A stretch of DNA of 64,000 bases, from the NCBI GenBank assembly GCA_017652745.1, contig JAGCAK010000005.1, forward strand, positions 16,202 to 80,201, read 5' to 3'. A model generated the notes under the pieces. The model searched no databases and was not told where the DNA came from. It was given only the letters and a program-made list of their open reading frames with translations. Positions within the stretch are counted from its first letter, which is position 1. Each line of letters starts with the position of its first letter. The stretch comes from Lachnospiraceae bacterium (GTDB lineage Bacteria > Bacillota > Clostridia > Lachnospirales > Lachnospiraceae). Made by a program: the position numbers and the translations under genes. Below, one piece after another: positions 18,119-27,969 of this stretch.

Positions 18119-18544
18119 ATGGATAAAATAAAACAACTATGGGTTAAGTATAAGGAGATCATCAGTTACTTGTTTTTTGGATTTGTAACGACGGTGGTCA
18201 ACTATGGCGTGTTCGCACTCTGCGGACATGTTTTCCATCTGGATGTTGTTTATTCCAACGCGATCGCATGGGTCGTTGCTGTCATTGTTGCATATGTTAC
18301 GAACAAGCTTTGGGTCTTTGACAGTAAGAAACATGATTCAAAAACCATTACGAAAGAGTTTGCAGAATTTGTTGTTGCCAGACTGATCACACTTGGCATA
18401 GAGACACTGCTGCTCTGGATCTTTGTCGATAAACTGGGCGTCAATGATCTGATCATGAAGATCATTACTAATATTATTGTTGTGGTCCTGAATTATATTT
18501 TCAGCAAATTCATCATTTTCCGGAAGAAGAAAAAGGAGGAATAA
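18119..18544 (+). CDS. GtrA family membrane protein (lipid-linked sugar flippase-like)
   Basis: 141 aa, four predicted TM helices. The sequence pattern is GtrA-like (VVNYGVFAL..., KLWVF, basic C-terminal tail). Confidence 0.75.
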   Translation: MDKIKQLWVKYKEIISYLFFGFVTTVVNYGVFALCGHVFHLDVVYSNAIAWVVAVIVAYVTNKLWVFDSKKHDSKTITKEFAEFVVARLITLGIETLLLWIFVDKLGVNDLIMKIITNIIVVVLNYIFSKFIIFRKKKKEE

Positions 18545-18547
18545 AAA

Positions 18548-18582
18548 AAGCAGCCATCCCGTAAAGGATCACTGCTTCTTTT
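18548..18582. terminator. bidirectional terminator hairpin (gtrA / tRNA-Thr)
   Basis: AAGCAG..ATCC / GGAT..CTGCTT stem with an A7 run on the left and a T-rich run on the right. Confidence 0.65.
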
Positions 18583-18585
18583 CCG

Positions 18586-18659
18586 AGCTACTGGCCAGAA
18601 TCGAACTGGTGACCTCGTCATTACCAATGACGCGCTCATACCGACTGAGCTACAGTAGC
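18586..18659 (-). tRNA. tRNA-Thr (anticodon GGT)
   Basis: 74 nt: acceptor GCTACTG/CAGTAGC+T, anticodon arm CGTCA-TTGGTAA-TGACG, T arm ACCAG-TTCGATT-CTGGC with one A-C mismatch at 49:65. Confidence 0.85.
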
Positions 18660-18703
18660 ATAGGTTGTGCAAAAGCACTTGGAAATGATACAATAAATCC
18701 GTT

Positions 18704-19654
18704 ATGATTTCAACACGAAAAATAAATTTTATTCAGAAAATGATCGTAGTCCTTGTTGGCATCCTCTTTTTGTCCGCATTTCTTTCCGGATGCAGTGAGA
18801 TCAGAATCGATACATCTACCGGAAATGCTATGATCACTGTCGATAAAACGGAGCTTTCCAAAGAAGAGGCTATTTACCGCCTGCTGGAGCAGAAGATTGC
18901 CTATGAAGGAGATGGGACAGATGATATCTGGTCCCGCAGGATTGGCTCCGAAACAATGAACGATTACGTAAAAGAAGCGGTAATGGATGAACTGACCCTG
19001 TATACAGCCAGCGTTGTCATGGCTGACGAGCTGGGTGTATATATGACGGATGAAGATAAAGTCAGCGCTGCTAAAGCAGCAGAGGAGACATACACGAAAG
19101 TATCTTCAGCTGCAAGCGATCAATATCCGGTCAGTCTGGATGCGGCAAAAGAACTGTATATTAAAAAGGCTACGTATGAAAAAGTGTATGAATATGTGAC
19201 CCGGGATGTCGGAACAGAGATCACGGAGGATTCAACCAAAGTAATCTACATTGATTATGTGGTCATTCCGGCAAAGGATGGCATTGCAGTGGCAAGAGAA
19301 ATCTATTCCGAACTGCAGGCAAAGGTACCATTTGATGAGGCATGCAGTGCAGCCGGTTATACACCGCAAATGGGTCAGGTCGTGTATCCTAAAACGATGA
19401 ATACTGTATTTGAATCAGTTGCTTTTGCTCTGACAGATGGTGAATTGAGCGAAGTTGTAGAAAGTAAGGATGAATACTATATTATTCATTGTATCGATGA
19501 CAAACTGCTGGAAGAATCTTCTGCCAATTACGCAAAAGTACTGACAGAAGCAAAACAGGAAAAGTTTCAACTGTATTATCTGGCATTTGCTCCAAAACAT
19601 AAATTAAGTGTCAACACGAAGTTCTGGAATAAGATCCAGTTATCGGATTTTTAA
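18704..19654 (+). CDS. lipoprotein, PrsA/SurA-like (parvulin-type PPIase-like chaperone)
   Basis: Lipobox LSGC after a signal peptide. It has SurA-N-like helices and a C-terminal parvulin-like segment (VIYIDYVVIP...EYYIIHCID). Confidence 0.65.
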   Translation: MISTRKINFIQKMIVVLVGILFLSAFLSGCSEIRIDTSTGNAMITVDKTELSKEEAIYRLLEQKIAYEGDGTDDIWSRRIGSETMNDYVKEAVMDELTLYTASVVMADELGVYMTDEDKVSAAKAAEETYTKVSSAASDQYPVSLDAAKELYIKKATYEKVYEYVTRDVGTEITEDSTKVIYIDYVVIPAKDGIAVAREIYSELQAKVPFDEACSAAGYTPQMGQVVYPKTMNTVFESVAFALTDGELSEVVESKDEYYIIHCIDDKLLEESSANYAKVLTEAKQEKFQLYYLAFAPKHKLSVNTKFWNKIQLSDF

Positions 19655-19657
19655 AAG

Positions 19658-20584
19658 ATGAAAACGGTAGATCTGATCATACCTGTCTATAATGAAGAAG
19701 AAAGCCTTCCACTGTTTTACGAAGAAACACAGAAGGTCCTGGAGACGTGCAGCGGTTTTTCTTTCCGTTATATTTTTGTGAATGACGGAAGCAATGATGA
19801 AACGCTACCGATCCTGAAAAAGATGGCAGAAGAAAACGGCATCAAATATCTTTCTTTCTCCCGAAACTTCGGAAAGGAAGCAGCTATTTATGCCGGGTTA
19901 AGATCATCGTCCGCCCAAATCTGTATTTTGATCGATGCTGACCTGCAGCATCCGCCTGCACTGATCCCGGATATGCTGAAAGCAGTTACGGAAGAAGGCT
20001 TTGGAGCTGCGGGCGCAAAACGGAAAAGCGGATTCTTTTCACGCTTATTTGCAGGGATCAATAATCACCTTTCCAGTGTCAAACTGCAGAAAGGCGCAAC
20101 CGATTTTATGTGTATGAGCAGGGCATTTGTGAATGCAGTATTGAAGCTCTCTGAAAAACAGCGTTTTTCCAAGGGGCTGTTTGCGTGGGTCGGATTTAAG
20201 GTCAAGTGGATCGATTATGTGCAGGGTCCGAGAAAAAAAGGAAAGAGCAAGTGGAGTCTCGGGAAATTGTTTAATTATGCAGCGGACGGACTGACTTCAT
20301 TCAGTGTGATCCCGCTTCGTATCGTGACACTTCTGGGGGCAATTATCTGCTTCCTGTCCTTTGTTTATATTTTGATCACTCTGATCCAGACGTGGATCTT
20401 TGGCATTGTGGTGCCAGGCTATGTGACGACATTGGTCGTTTTATTGTTCCTGGGCGGAGTGATCGTATTGGCAATCGGTATTCTGGGAGAGTATATCGGG
20501 CAGATCTATCTGGAGTCCAAAAACCGCCCGCTCTATATTTTGGAAGAGACGAATCTAGATGAAGATAAAAACGAAAAAGAGTAA
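19658..20584 (+). CDS. family 2 glycosyltransferase, polyprenyl-phosphate sugar synthase type (GtrB/CsbB-like)
   Basis: IIPVYNEEESL, DADLQHPP and two C-terminal TM helices. It starts 4 nt after the lipoprotein gene. Confidence 0.85.
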   Translation: MKTVDLIIPVYNEEESLPLFYEETQKVLETCSGFSFRYIFVNDGSNDETLPILKKMAEENGIKYLSFSRNFGKEAAIYAGLRSSSAQICILIDADLQHPPALIPDMLKAVTEEGFGAAGAKRKSGFFSRLFAGINNHLSSVKLQKGATDFMCMSRAFVNAVLKLSEKQRFSKGLFAWVGFKVKWIDYVQGPRKKGKSKWSLGKLFNYAADGLTSFSVIPLRIVTLLGAIICFLSFVYILITLIQTWIFGIVVPGYVTTLVVLLFLGGVIVLAIGILGEYIGQIYLESKNRPLYILEETNLDEDKNEKE

Positions 20585-23108
20585 TATCCTCACCGGGAAT
20601 ATCGCGCTTCTATTGGCGTTTCTGGCGCCAATCTTTATTTTAATCTGCCTTTTTATTGCCAGAGAGATCTTTCCGTTCGGGGAGGAGATGTATCTGAGAA
20701 GTGATATGTATCATCAGTATGCTCCTTTCCTGAAACTGTTTCAGACTGCATTAAAAGAAGGACGGAGTCTGGAATACACGTTCCATATGGGCCTTGGATC
20801 TAATATGGTCAGCGCGTATGCTTATTATCTGTCTTCTCCGTTAAACTGGCTGGTAGCTCTCCTTCCGTCCAGTCTGATCCCTGAGATCATGGGAAGTTTC
20901 ATCATTCTAAAGGCCGGATTGATGTCGGCTACTTTCACATATTATCTGACCAGGAAATTTCACGATCCGCGCTCGCTGTTGGCAGCATGCTTTGGTATTT
21001 TCTATGCCCTGTCAGGCTATATGGCAGCATACAGCTGGAATCTGATGTGGCTGGATAATTTGATCCTGCTCCCTTTGATCATCCTGGGTCTGGAAAGGCT
21101 AGTCAGACAAAAGAAGGTCCTTCTGTTTACCATATCGCTCGCGCTCAGCGTGATCTGCAATTATTACATTTCCATCATGATCTGTTTTTACCTTGTGTTT
21201 TATTTCGTCTATCTTTTGGTGGAAACAGCAGGAAAGAGAAGTGGAAAGGAAACAGGAAAGTCGATTGCCCGTTTCGTGGTTTATTCAGTTCTGGGAGGCT
21301 GTATCGGAGCTGCTGTTGTGCTTCCGGCTTTTCTTGCACTTTTTGGAACGGCATCAGCCGGATCGGGCTTCCCGTCCAGTTTCCATTTCTATTTCAATCC
21401 GTTGGAGATGTTTGCACACGGCATGATGAACGCGAAAGTGACCATGATCAGTGAGGGCTATGTGCCAAATATTTACGCAGGTATCTTTACCTTTGCACTG
21501 GTGCCGCTCTTTTTCCTGAATGCAAAAGTGCCGGTGAAACAGAGAATAGGAAAAGTTGTCCTGATCCTGATATTATGGCTTAGTTTTTCACTGAATGTGC
21601 TGGCATATATCTGGCATGGATTCCATCTGCCAAACTCTCTTCCGGCTCGTCAGTCTTTTATTTATATCTTCCTGGTCCTGACGATCTGTTATGAAGTGAT
21701 GCTGCGGATCAAACAATATGCCTACTGGCAGATCGTAAGCGCTTTTCTGGCAGGTATTCTTGCACTGTTCGTTCTGCAGTTCCTGTATAAGGACAGTTAC
21801 ACTGTAGAGCAGGCTGTTTTAAATGCTTCTTTCCTGCTTGCTTATCTGATTATCCTGGTTTTACAGAAAAGAGATCTGCCGGATAAAGAGGGGAGAAAAG
21901 CACAGACGAAGCAGACGTACCGGATCCTTTTGTTTGTTTTTCTGGTGATCCTTTGTGTTACAGAAACATCCATTAATGCAAATGAGAGTGGATACAGTAC
22001 AACGGACAGGGTCGCTTATACGGAAGATAATGCAGATATTGAAGAACTGTTAGATTCTGTGGATGACGGAAGCTTTTTCCGGGTAGAGAAAGCAAAACGC
22101 AGAACAAAGAACGATGGAGCCTGGTCAGATTACCGGTCTGCCTCTGTCTTTTCATCTACTACCTTGAAAGGATTATCTAAAATTTACGCCAGCCTTGGTA
22201 TGCAGTCCGGAACGAATTCCTTTTCTTATTACGGAAATACCCCTTTCACTTCCGCCCTGCTGGGGGTGAAATATAAGCTGTCTGACAGTGCGATCGATGA
22301 TCCGATGTGGGAATATGTGAAAGGAACGGAAAAAGCATTCCTCTATCAGGCTAAATATGCCCTGCCTCTTGGGTTTATGGTGAAAAACACGACACAGGCA
22401 GAAGTGAATCCGGACGGGAGCGATCCATTCCTGATCCAGAATAACCTCATCAGTGCCGCATGCGGTGCAGGGCCAGTTTTCCAGATCAAAGGAACTCTTT
22501 CCGGAGAAAGGATCGAGATAGAGATTGAAGAGGATGTCCGGAAGCTGATCTATGTGCAAGATAAACTGGATAATCTGAAAGTGGATGTTTACCGGGATGG
22601 AAGTCTGTATGTTAACCGGAATTTCACCTCTTTAGAATGCAAACTCATCGTGGATCTGGGCGAGTTCCAAAAAGGTGACCGTCTTGTAATCTATACGACA
22701 GACAGTGATAAGAGCAGTATTTCCCTTATTGAAGCGGACCTGGACAAAAAGGCCTTTGAAGCAGCTATGGATGCAATGGGAAGCAATCCGTGGGTGATAA
22801 CGGAAGCAAAAGAAGGATTCCTGAAAGGAACCGTTCAGGCACAGGCAGCTAAAATGACACTGTTCACGACTATTCCTTACGAAAAAGGATGGACCATTTA
22901 TGTGGACGGAGAGAAAGTTGCATATAAGGGTTTTTACAATGCTTTTATCCAGATCCCGCTGGAAAAAGAGGGTGTGCATGAAGTAGAAATGATCTTTCAT
23001 GCGCCAGGGCTCCTGCCTGGACTGATCATTTCAGTGGCTGCGCTGATCCTGTTTATCATCCTTTGTGTAATAAAAAAGAAAAAACAATCGAAAAAATCCT
23101 TGAAATAA
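20559..23108 (+). CDS. YfhO family membrane glycosyltransferase
   Basis: 849 aa: many N-terminal TM helices, a large extracytoplasmic C-terminal domain and a final TM. It overlaps the GT2 gene by 26 nt. Confidence 0.8.
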   Translation: MKIKTKKSNILTGNIALLLAFLAPIFILICLFIAREIFPFGEEMYLRSDMYHQYAPFLKLFQTALKEGRSLEYTFHMGLGSNMVSAYAYYLSSPLNWLVALLPSSLIPEIMGSFIILKAGLMSATFTYYLTRKFHDPRSLLAACFGIFYALSGYMAAYSWNLMWLDNLILLPLIILGLERLVRQKKVLLFTISLALSVICNYYISIMICFYLVFYFVYLLVETAGKRSGKETGKSIARFVVYSVLGGCIGAAVVLPAFLALFGTASAGSGFPSSFHFYFNPLEMFAHGMMNAKVTMISEGYVPNIYAGIFTFALVPLFFLNAKVPVKQRIGKVVLILILWLSFSLNVLAYIWHGFHLPNSLPARQSFIYIFLVLTICYEVMLRIKQYAYWQIVSAFLAGILALFVLQFLYKDSYTVEQAVLNASFLLAYLIILVLQKRDLPDKEGRKAQTKQTYRILLFVFLVILCVTETSINANESGYSTTDRVAYTEDNADIEELLDSVDDGSFFRVEKAKRRTKNDGAWSDYRSASVFSSTTLKGLSKIYASLGMQSGTNSFSYYGNTPFTSALLGVKYKLSDSAIDDPMWEYVKGTEKAFLYQAKYALPLGFMVKNTTQAEVNPDGSDPFLIQNNLISAACGAGPVFQIKGTLSGERIEIEIEEDVRKLIYVQDKLDNLKVDVYRDGSLYVNRNFTSLECKLIVDLGEFQKGDRLVIYTTDSDKSSISLIEADLDKKAFEAAMDAMGSNPWVITEAKEGFLKGTVQAQAAKMTLFTTIPYEKGWTIYVDGEKVAYKGFYNAFIQIPLEKEGVHEVEMIFHAPGLLPGLIISVAALILFIILCVIKKKKQSKKSLK

Positions 23109-23253
23109 GGATTCTTTTCGATTAAAATAACTCAGTTGCGTTAAGTAAACACCTTTGCCGATTTTTAAGGATGTGCCCTGTCTCAAGTAACTTCAGGGTT
23201 CCGCAAAAAGATGACAGCGAAGGGAAGAAAAAAACAAAAAGGAGGAAATAGAC

Positions 23254-24009
23254 ATGAGTGTTATTTCAATGAAACAGTTACTTGAAGCAGGTGTTCATTT
23301 CGGACATCAGACCAGAAGATGGAACCCTAAAATGGCTCCATACATCTACACAGAGAGAAACAATATCTACATTATCGATCTGCAGAAGACCGTCGGAATG
23401 ATCGATGACGCGTTTGATGCAATCTCAGACATCGCCGCACAGGGCGGAACCATTCTTTTCGTCGGAACAAAAAAACAGGCACAGGAAGCTATCAGAACCG
23501 AAGCTGAACGCTGCGGTATGTTCTATGTCAACGAAAGATGGCTTGGCGGTATGCTGACCAACTTCAAGACGATCCAGAGCCGTATCAAACGTCTGAAAGA
23601 CATCGAGAAGATGGAAGAGAACGGAACCTTTGATGTTCTTCCAAAGAAAGAAGTCATCGAGATCAAGAAAGAGCAGGAAAAACTCCTGAAGAACCTTGGC
23701 GGAATCAAGGAAATGAGAAAAGTTCCGGATGCTATTTTTGTAGTTGACCCGAAGAAGGAAAAGATCTGTGTACAGGAAGCTCACAAACTTCACATTCCAC
23801 TGATCGGTATCTGTGATACAAACTGTGATCCGGATGATCTGGATTATGTGATCCCTGGTAACGATGATGCAATCAGAGCTGTGAAGCTGATCGTTGCTAA
23901 AATGGCAGACGCTATCATCGAAGCAAATCAGGGTGAAGAGTATGAAGTCACAGAGGCAGCTGAAGGCGCAGAGGCAGTTGAGGCTGCAGCAGAAGAAGTG
24001 ACTGAGTAA
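23254..24009 (+). CDS. rpsB: 30S ribosomal protein S2
   Basis: [23 protein letters not shown]-terminus. Confidence 0.97.
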   Translation: MSVISMKQLLEAGVHFGHQTRRWNPKMAPYIYTERNNIYIIDLQKTVGMIDDAFDAISDIAAQGGTILFVGTKKQAQEAIRTEAERCGMFYVNERWLGGMLTNFKTIQSRIKRLKDIEKMEENGTFDVLPKKEVIEIKKEQEKLLKNLGGIKEMRKVPDAIFVVDPKKEKICVQEAHKLHIPLIGICDTNCDPDDLDYVIPGNDDAIRAVKLIVAKMADAIIEANQGEEYEVTEAAEGAEAVEAAAEEVTE

Positions 24010-24022
24010 AGGAGGATCAGAA

Positions 24023-25105
24023 ATGGCAGAAGTAACCACAGCTTTAATTAAAGAATTAAGAGAACTTACCGGTGCCGGCATTTTAGCTTGCAAGAATGCA
24101 CTGGTTGAAACAGAAGGAGATATGGATGCAGCTGTTGAGATCCTTCGTAAAAAAGGTGAAGCTCAGGCTGTTAAGAAAGCAAGCAGAATTGCAGCAGAAG
24201 GTATTGTCAGAGTTGTTGTCAGAGATAACACCGCTGTTATGGTTGAGGTAAACTCCGAGACAGACTTTGTTGCAAAGAATGAGAAATTCCAGAAATTCGT
24301 TGACGATGTTGTAGAGAGCATTTTTGCAAGTGATGCAGCAGATGTTGACGCACTTCTGAATGAGAAGTTTGCAGGTGATCCTTCCAAGACTGTTGGGGAG
24401 GCTCTTGTAAACATTATTGCTACGATCGGTGAGAAGATCACGATCAGAAGATTTGTCAAGATCAAGACAGATGGCGTTCTTGTTCCATATATCCATGGCG
24501 GCGGACGTATCGGTGTTTTAGCGGAAGCAAATGCTCTGGACGGCATTGAAGAAGCTATGAAGAATATTGCAATGCAGGTTGCAGCAATGAATCCACAGTA
24601 TATCGCTCATACAGATATGTCTGATGAAGAAGTTGCAAAATTAAGAGAGATTACAGTAGACAGCGCACTGAATACTCCGGAATCTCTTCCGGCTCCGCTC
24701 CTTAAGAACCTTCTTGCACAGGCTTCTGAAGGAAACCTGTTCTCCGCAGATGATGCTGCTCAGTATGAAGAGCAGAAGAACAACCTGAAGTACATCTTCA
24801 ATTTCCTTTCTGCAGAAGCAAGGACCGCTGTTGCAGGGCTTGCTATGAAAGCAAAAGAAACCATTGCTGCTGACAAGATCTTTAATGGATTAGTTGAAGG
24901 ACGTGTTTCCAAACAGCTGAAGGAGATCTGCCTTCTTGACCAGGTCTATGTTAAGGCTGAAGACGGAAAGCAGACCGTTGCACAGTACTTAAAAGCTGTG
25001 AGCCCGGATCTCTCTGTTAAGAAGATCGTTCGCTTTGAAGTAGGCGAAGGAATCGAAAAGAGACAGGAAAACTTTGCAGAAGAAGTTGCAAAGCAGATGG
25101 CGTAA
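24023..25105 (+). CDS. tsf: elongation factor Ts (long form, 360 aa)
   Basis: LIKELRELTGAGILACKNAL UBA-like N-terminus, SETDFVAKNE, and a C-terminal VRFEVGEGIEKRQENFAEEV. Confidence 0.95.
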   Translation: MAEVTTALIKELRELTGAGILACKNALVETEGDMDAAVEILRKKGEAQAVKKASRIAAEGIVRVVVRDNTAVMVEVNSETDFVAKNEKFQKFVDDVVESIFASDAADVDALLNEKFAGDPSKTVGEALVNIIATIGEKITIRRFVKIKTDGVLVPYIHGGGRIGVLAEANALDGIEEAMKNIAMQVAAMNPQYIAHTDMSDEEVAKLREITVDSALNTPESLPAPLLKNLLAQASEGNLFSADDAAQYEEQKNNLKYIFNFLSAEARTAVAGLAMKAKETIAADKIFNGLVEGRVSKQLKEICLLDQVYVKAEDGKQTVAQYLKAVSPDLSVKKIVRFEVGEGIEKRQENFAEEVAKQMA

Positions 25106-25131
25106 TTACTGTCAAAAAATAACAAAAACAG

Positions 25132-25161
25132 GGGCTCAGGCGATTACCTGAGCCCGTTTTT
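25132..25161 (+). terminator. Rho-independent terminator after tsf
   Basis: GGGCTCAGG / CCTGAGCCC stem followed by GTTTTT. Confidence 0.8.
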
Positions 25162-25169
25162 CAAAAAAG

Positions 25170-26549
25170 ATGAAAATATCCAAGGTTAATGATTTTACTG
25201 ATGGTCCGATTCTGGGGCCGCTATTGAAATTCACACTGCCGATCCTGTTGGCTCTGTTTCTGCAGTCTCTTTATGGTGCCGTGGATCTTCTGATCGTAGG
25301 ACAATTTGCCACGACAGTCAGTGTATCCGGTGTTTCGATGGGCGCACAGATAACCAACGGAGTCATGATGGTCATAGCCAATCTGGCAATGGGAACAACT
25401 GTGCTTCTGGGACAGTTTATTGGACAGAAAAAGCTGGAGGCAGGCGGAAAAACAATCGGAACCAGTATCTGGCTGTTTGGGGCGCTGGCTGTGGCAGTAA
25501 CAATTGCTCTGTTTATTCTTGCTCCGCAGGCCCTTGCTTTATTTAAACTGCCACAGGAAGCAATGGGAGAAGGAACCGTTTACATGCGGATCTGTTCGGT
25601 CGGATTTATCTTTATCGTTGCTTATAACCTTTGCGGATCTGTATTCCGGGGTATCGGGGATTCCAATACGCCGCTGATCACGGTTGCAATTGCATGTGTG
25701 ATCAATATTGTCGGAGATCTTCTTCTGGTTGCGGTATTCCATATGGCAGCAGCAGGTGCTGCAATCGCCACGGTAGCGGCGCAGGGCATCAGTGTGATCA
25801 TTTCACTTTTGATCGTGAAAAAGAAAGGACTGCCTTTCCACTTTGGGAAAGACAGCATGAAAATAGATAAAGGGATCCTTAAGCAGATCATTCGGATCGG
25901 TTTGCCGCTTGGTTTGCAGGAGATCGTGTTGACTGCTTCGTTTATGATCAGTTCTGCAGTGGCAAATTCGCTGGGAATCGTGGCATCTGCATCGATTGGA
26001 GTTGCAGGAAGATTGTTTGGGTTTATAATGCTTTTTCCAAGTGCTTTTATGCAGTCTATGTCCGCCTTTATCGCGCAGAACATAGGGGCCGAGCGGATCG
26101 ACCGGGCAAAAAGAGCTTTGCTCCACGGAATCTGGACATGTCTGGCATTTGCCACTTTAATGTCATTCTTTTCTATCTTACATGGAGAATGGCTGACTCA
26201 GATTTTCTCCAGGGATCCGGATGTGATCATCTCTGCGGCTCGATATGTTAAAGCTTATGGAATCGACACATTCTTGACGTCTATCCTGTTTTGTATTGTG
26301 GGCTTTTTGAATGGCTGTGGAAAGACAACCGTTACTATGATCCAGAGTTTCGTCGGAGTGGCTGTCAGAGTGCCATTATTGTTCTTATTTAAAGAAATTG
26401 GCGGCGGGGATCTGTTCATTATAGGACTGGCGGTTCCTGTAGCAACTTTGGTACAAGACCTGTTATGCGGCATCTATTTCTTTGCTGTGAAAAAGCGGTT
26501 GGAACTGCAGTATGGAGGAGGTAAAAATGGATACCTATACAACAGTTAG
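25170..26549 (+). CDS. MATE family efflux transporter
   Basis: 459 aa, 12-TM pattern, N-terminus GPILGPLLKFTLPILLALFLQSLYGAVD typical of MATE/NorM. Confidence 0.85.
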   Translation: MKISKVNDFTDGPILGPLLKFTLPILLALFLQSLYGAVDLLIVGQFATTVSVSGVSMGAQITNGVMMVIANLAMGTTVLLGQFIGQKKLEAGGKTIGTSIWLFGALAVAVTIALFILAPQALALFKLPQEAMGEGTVYMRICSVGFIFIVAYNLCGSVFRGIGDSNTPLITVAIACVINIVGDLLLVAVFHMAAAGAAIATVAAQGISVIISLLIVKKKGLPFHFGKDSMKIDKGILKQIIRIGLPLGLQEIVLTASFMISSAVANSLGIVASASIGVAGRLFGFIMLFPSAFMQSMSAFIAQNIGAERIDRAKRALLHGIWTCLAFATLMSFFSILHGEWLTQIFSRDPDVIISAARYVKAYGIDTFLTSILFCIVGFLNGCGKTTVTMIQSFVGVAVRVPLLFLFKEIGGGDLFIIGLAVPVATLVQDLLCGIYFFAVKKRLELQYGGGKNGYLYNS

Positions 26550-27969
26550 CTTTTTTGAATCTGGTGTATGGAGAAGCATAATGCTGACAGGCATTCTTTT
26601 GCTGAGCCTGCTTGTCGCTAATATGCTTAAGAGGAAGATCCCATTCCTGAAAAAGTCCTTGATACCTAATTCGGTATTAGGCGGCATCATACTGCTGATC
26701 ATTTCATCCATCTGTTATTTTGTCAGCGGGAAATATCTTTTTAATCTGAATCTGTTTTCTTCGAATGGTTCTGGAATACGGACTCTGGAAATTCTCACCT
26801 ATCATTGTCTGGCGATTGGATTTATTGCCATGACTCTGCGTCCGATGAAGAAAGCATCTGGCGGAAAGCGAGCAGTTGAGATCCTGAATTCCGGTATATC
26901 AACCATCTGCACTTATATGCTGCAGGGAATTGCAGGTATTATTATTACCATACTCGCAGGATTTGCTATTTCCGGGTTTGCACCGGGCAGCGGCATCCTT
27001 TTAGCATTTGGCTATGGTCAGGGTACTGGTCAGGCCCTTAATATAGGCAAGAATTTTGATCATACCCTTGGCACATCTTCCTATTCCAGCTTTGGCCTGG
27101 CAATCGCAGCGCTTGGCTTTCTGACGGCCAGTATTGTTGGTGTCATTTATCTGAATTTCCTCAGAAGAAAGGGCAGACTGGAGATCAGGAATGCTTCTAA
27201 AGCAGAAGCATTGACTGTCTTTGATGTGCAGAATCCGGATGAGCCTGAAATGAATGAGTCAATCGATAAGCTGTCCATGCAGTGTGCTTTTGTAGCAATC
27301 GCATATATGATGGCTTATGGAATGATGTATCTTTTAGGCAACGTGATTCTTGGGAAAGGGAGTAATCTGACCGGAACCATTTATGGATTCAACTTTATCT
27401 TTGGCGTGCTTGCCGCGGTTATTATAAAAGCTATCCTGAACTTGCTGCGAAAGAAACAGGTTGTCAAACATCAGTATACCAATACGTTCCTGCTCAACCG
27501 GATCAGTGGATTTGCGTTCGATGTCATGATCGTTTCGGGAATCTGTGCAATACAAGTTCATCTGCTCGTTGAATATTGGTGGGTGATCCTTCTGCTGGGT
27601 GTGGCAGGAGCGATCCTTACATTCTTATATTTGAAGTACGTAACAAAAAAACTATTTCCGGCATATCAGCATGAGCAGTTCCTGGCATTCTTCGGAATGC
27701 TTACCGGAACAGCGTCCACAGGAATGATCCTTCTTAGAGAAGCCGATCCAGACCTGAAATCGCCGGTATCAGAGAATCTCGTCTATCAGAATTTCCCGGC
27801 TATCGTTTTGGGATTCCCATTGCTTCTGATAGCAGGACGGATCACAACTAAGGCGGCCAGCGTAACAACGGCACTGGTCATGCTTGCGATCATTTTTGCC
27901 ATCTTTGTTATTCTGAATATTATTTTGTTCAGAGTCTTTATATTTAAGAGAAAGAAAAATGGCGGTTGA
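26527..27969 (+). CDS. sodium/glutamate symporter (GltS/ESS family)-like transporter
   Basis: ATG at 26527 behind GGAGGAGG. It is polytopic, and the N-terminus (LLLSLLVANMLKRKIPFLKKSLIPNSVLGG) resembles GltS. Confidence 0.65.
   Translation: MDTYTTVSFFESGVWRSIMLTGILLLSLLVANMLKRKIPFLKKSLIPNSVLGGIILLIISSICYFVSGKYLFNLNLFSSNGSGIRTLEILTYHCLAIGFIAMTLRPMKKASGGKRAVEILNSGISTICTYMLQGIAGIIITILAGFAISGFAPGSGILLAFGYGQGTGQALNIGKNFDHTLGTSSYSSFGLAIAALGFLTASIVGVIYLNFLRRKGRLEIRNASKAEALTVFDVQNPDEPEMNESIDKLSMQCAFVAIAYMMAYGMMYLLGNVILGKGSNLTGTIYGFNFIFGVLAAVIIKAILNLLRKKQVVKHQYTNTFLLNRISGFAFDVMIVSGICAIQVHLLVEYWWVILLLGVAGAILTFLYLKYVTKKLFPAYQHEQFLAFFGMLTGTASTGMILLREADPDLKSPVSENLVYQNFPAIVLGFPLLLIAGRITTKAASVTTALVMLAIIFAIFVILNIILFRVFIFKRKKNGG

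Noticed and set aside
23109-23253. A possible structured r-protein leader upstream of rpsB (small hairpin GCCCTG...CAGGGT).
   Set aside because: There is only one short hairpin and I cannot match it to a known rpsB leader by eye. The evidence is insufficient to call a regulatory RNA.
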